Part shown: in pieces, positions 63,040-64,000 of the stretch
Numbering within the stretch: position 1 is the first letter of the stretch
How the letters are laid out: each line of letters opens with the position of its first letter
Source: an uncultured bacterium
Lineage (GTDB): Bacteria > Fermentibacterota > Fermentibacteria > Fermentibacterales > Fermentibacteraceae
Direction of reading: 5' to 3'
Assembly (NCBI GenBank): GCA_964603785.1
Contig: CAZRWD010000003.1
Span: 142,716 to 206,715 of the forward strand
Length of the DNA: 64,000 nt
The notes under the pieces: model-generated
Seen by the model: the letters and a program-made list of their open reading frames with translations, nothing else
What the model was told of the DNA's origin: nothing
Databases searched by the model: none
Position numbers and translations under genes: made by a program

Positions 63040-64000
63040 TCAGCGAGCGCCCGAGTCGCCGGGCAGGGGCGACCACGTAGGGCAGTAGCTCTCTCCGGAA
63101 TCGGAGATCTTCCTGACGGCGAGGCTGTTGAGCTCCACGACGTAGATGGCCCTCGACCCGCCCCTGTTGCTGGAGAAGGCGATGTGCCTCCCGGTGGGCC
63201 CCCAGGAGGGGTCCTCGTTCAGGCTGCCGTCGAAGGTCAGCTGGCGCACGTCGCTCCCGTCGACGTTCGAGACGAAGATGTGTATCCCCCCGCCCGCCCT
63301 CGCCGCATAGGCGACCTGGTCGCCCCTGGGGGACCAGGCGGGGCTGTCGCAGTAGCCGTGGGAGTAGTTGAACCTCTGGACCCCGGCTCCGGTGATGTCC
63401 ATCACGTAGAGCTGGGGAGCGCCCGACCGGTCGCTCGTGAACACGATCTGCAGACCCGTGGGGGAGACGGATGGCGAAGTCTCGATCGAGCTCCGGGAGG
63501 TGAGCCGGGTGAGCGTTCCGGAGGAGATGTCCATGTGGAAGATCTCGGCGTTCCCTTCCGCGCTGGCGGACAGGACCAGCGACGCGCCGTCGGGCGTCCA
63601 GCAGGGGGTCGTGTTGAGACCCTGCCTGGAGAGCATCCTGCGGGCCCTGGCCTCGGTCGTGCTGTAGAAGAAGAGGTCGCCGTTGTCCGACCGGAAGGAG
63701 GTGAATGCTATGGTCCCGCCGTCGGGGCTCCAGGCGGGGGTGGTGATGACGGAGGTGTCCCTGAGGAGGACGGCCGCCCCGCGGGGGTCGAATCCCTTCG
63801 CGACCAGCGAGTAGGTGTCGCTCGCACGGGTGACGAAGGCTATCCGGGTGGAGGCGATCCCGTGCTCCCCCGTGAGGGAGAACACCGCGTCGTCGGCCAG
63901 CGCGTGCACCATCGTGTACAGGTCGGTTGCCTGCGCGATGTACTCCCTCGCCAGCACGATCTCGCCCCCGGCGGTGATCTCCGCCTCCAGCCGGATCCTG
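63040..64000 (-). CDS. tolB: Tol-Pal system beta-propeller protein TolB (5'-partial; continues beyond window edge)
   Basis: Repeated TolB beta-propeller blades (PAWSPDG..IAF, SPSVSPTG..IVF, SPAWSPRGD..AY). The reading frame has no stop before coordinate 64000, so the N-terminus lies outside the window. Confidence 0.85.
   Translation of the reverse strand, partial: RIRLEAEITAGGEIVLAREYIAQATDLYTMVHALADDAVFSLTGEHGIASTRIAFVTRASDTYSLVAKGFDPRGAAVLLRDTSVITTPAWSPDGGTIAFTSFRSDNGDLFFYSTTEARARRMLSRQGLNTTPCWTPDGASLVLSASAEGNAEIFHMDISSGTLTRLTSRSSIETSPSVSPTGLQIVFTSDRSGAPQLYVMDITGAGVQRFNYSHGYCDSPAWSPRGDQVAYAARAGGGIHIFVSNVDGSDVRQLTFDGSLNEDPSWGPTGRHIAFSSNRGGSRAIYVVELNSLAVRKISDSGESYCPTWSPLPGDSGAR

Overview
This is a 64 kb, very GC-rich (about 65-70%) bacterial chromosomal segment. 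Almost every real gene is shadowed by long spurious antisense or alternative-frame ORFs, so I made calls only where the protein sequence reads as a plausible protein. Most genes are on the minus strand and many are linked by ATGA or GTGA stop/start overlaps, which suggests operons. Several lines point to an FCB-superphylum-like, diderm organism with a type IX secretion system: a PorV-like beta-barrel, secreted proteins with T9SS/FlgD-Ig-like C-terminal sorting domains, and a GWxTD protein.

Recognisable content, in order: GWxTD protein, PorV and a T9SS cargo protein; a TonB-dependent receptor with exbB-exbD-exbD-tonB; six contiguous uncharacterised genes (a GlmL/MutL-like ASKHA-fold protein, a 373-aa protein and four membrane proteins); the glycine cleavage operon gcvT-H-PA-PB; pckA; a HAD hydrolase, MFS transporter, membrane protein and B12-binding radical SAM cassette; an AT-rich MITE-like inverted-repeat element and a DtxR box upstream of dtxR-feoB plus a small Cys-rich peptide; a korDABC-type 2-oxoacid:ferredoxin oxidoreductase with a co-operonic cyclic-2,3-diphosphoglycerate-synthetase-like P-loop protein; a cluster of outer-membrane beta-barrels and secreted proteins, including a barrel with ComEA-like helix-hairpin-helix repeats, a 5'-nucleotidase and a YhcR-type OB-fold protein; a sugar and cell-envelope cluster (gmhA, rfbD, CpsB-like phosphatase, flippase-like protein); rsmA; a TatD-radical SAM fusion; purA, clpX, clpP, tig; tRNA-Leu(TAG); and ybgF-pal-tolB (tolB is partial at the window edge).

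The most novel-looking regions are the six-gene unknown cluster at 10.2-16.7 kb and the putative extracellular-DNA-binding outer-membrane module at 39.9-47.0 kb.
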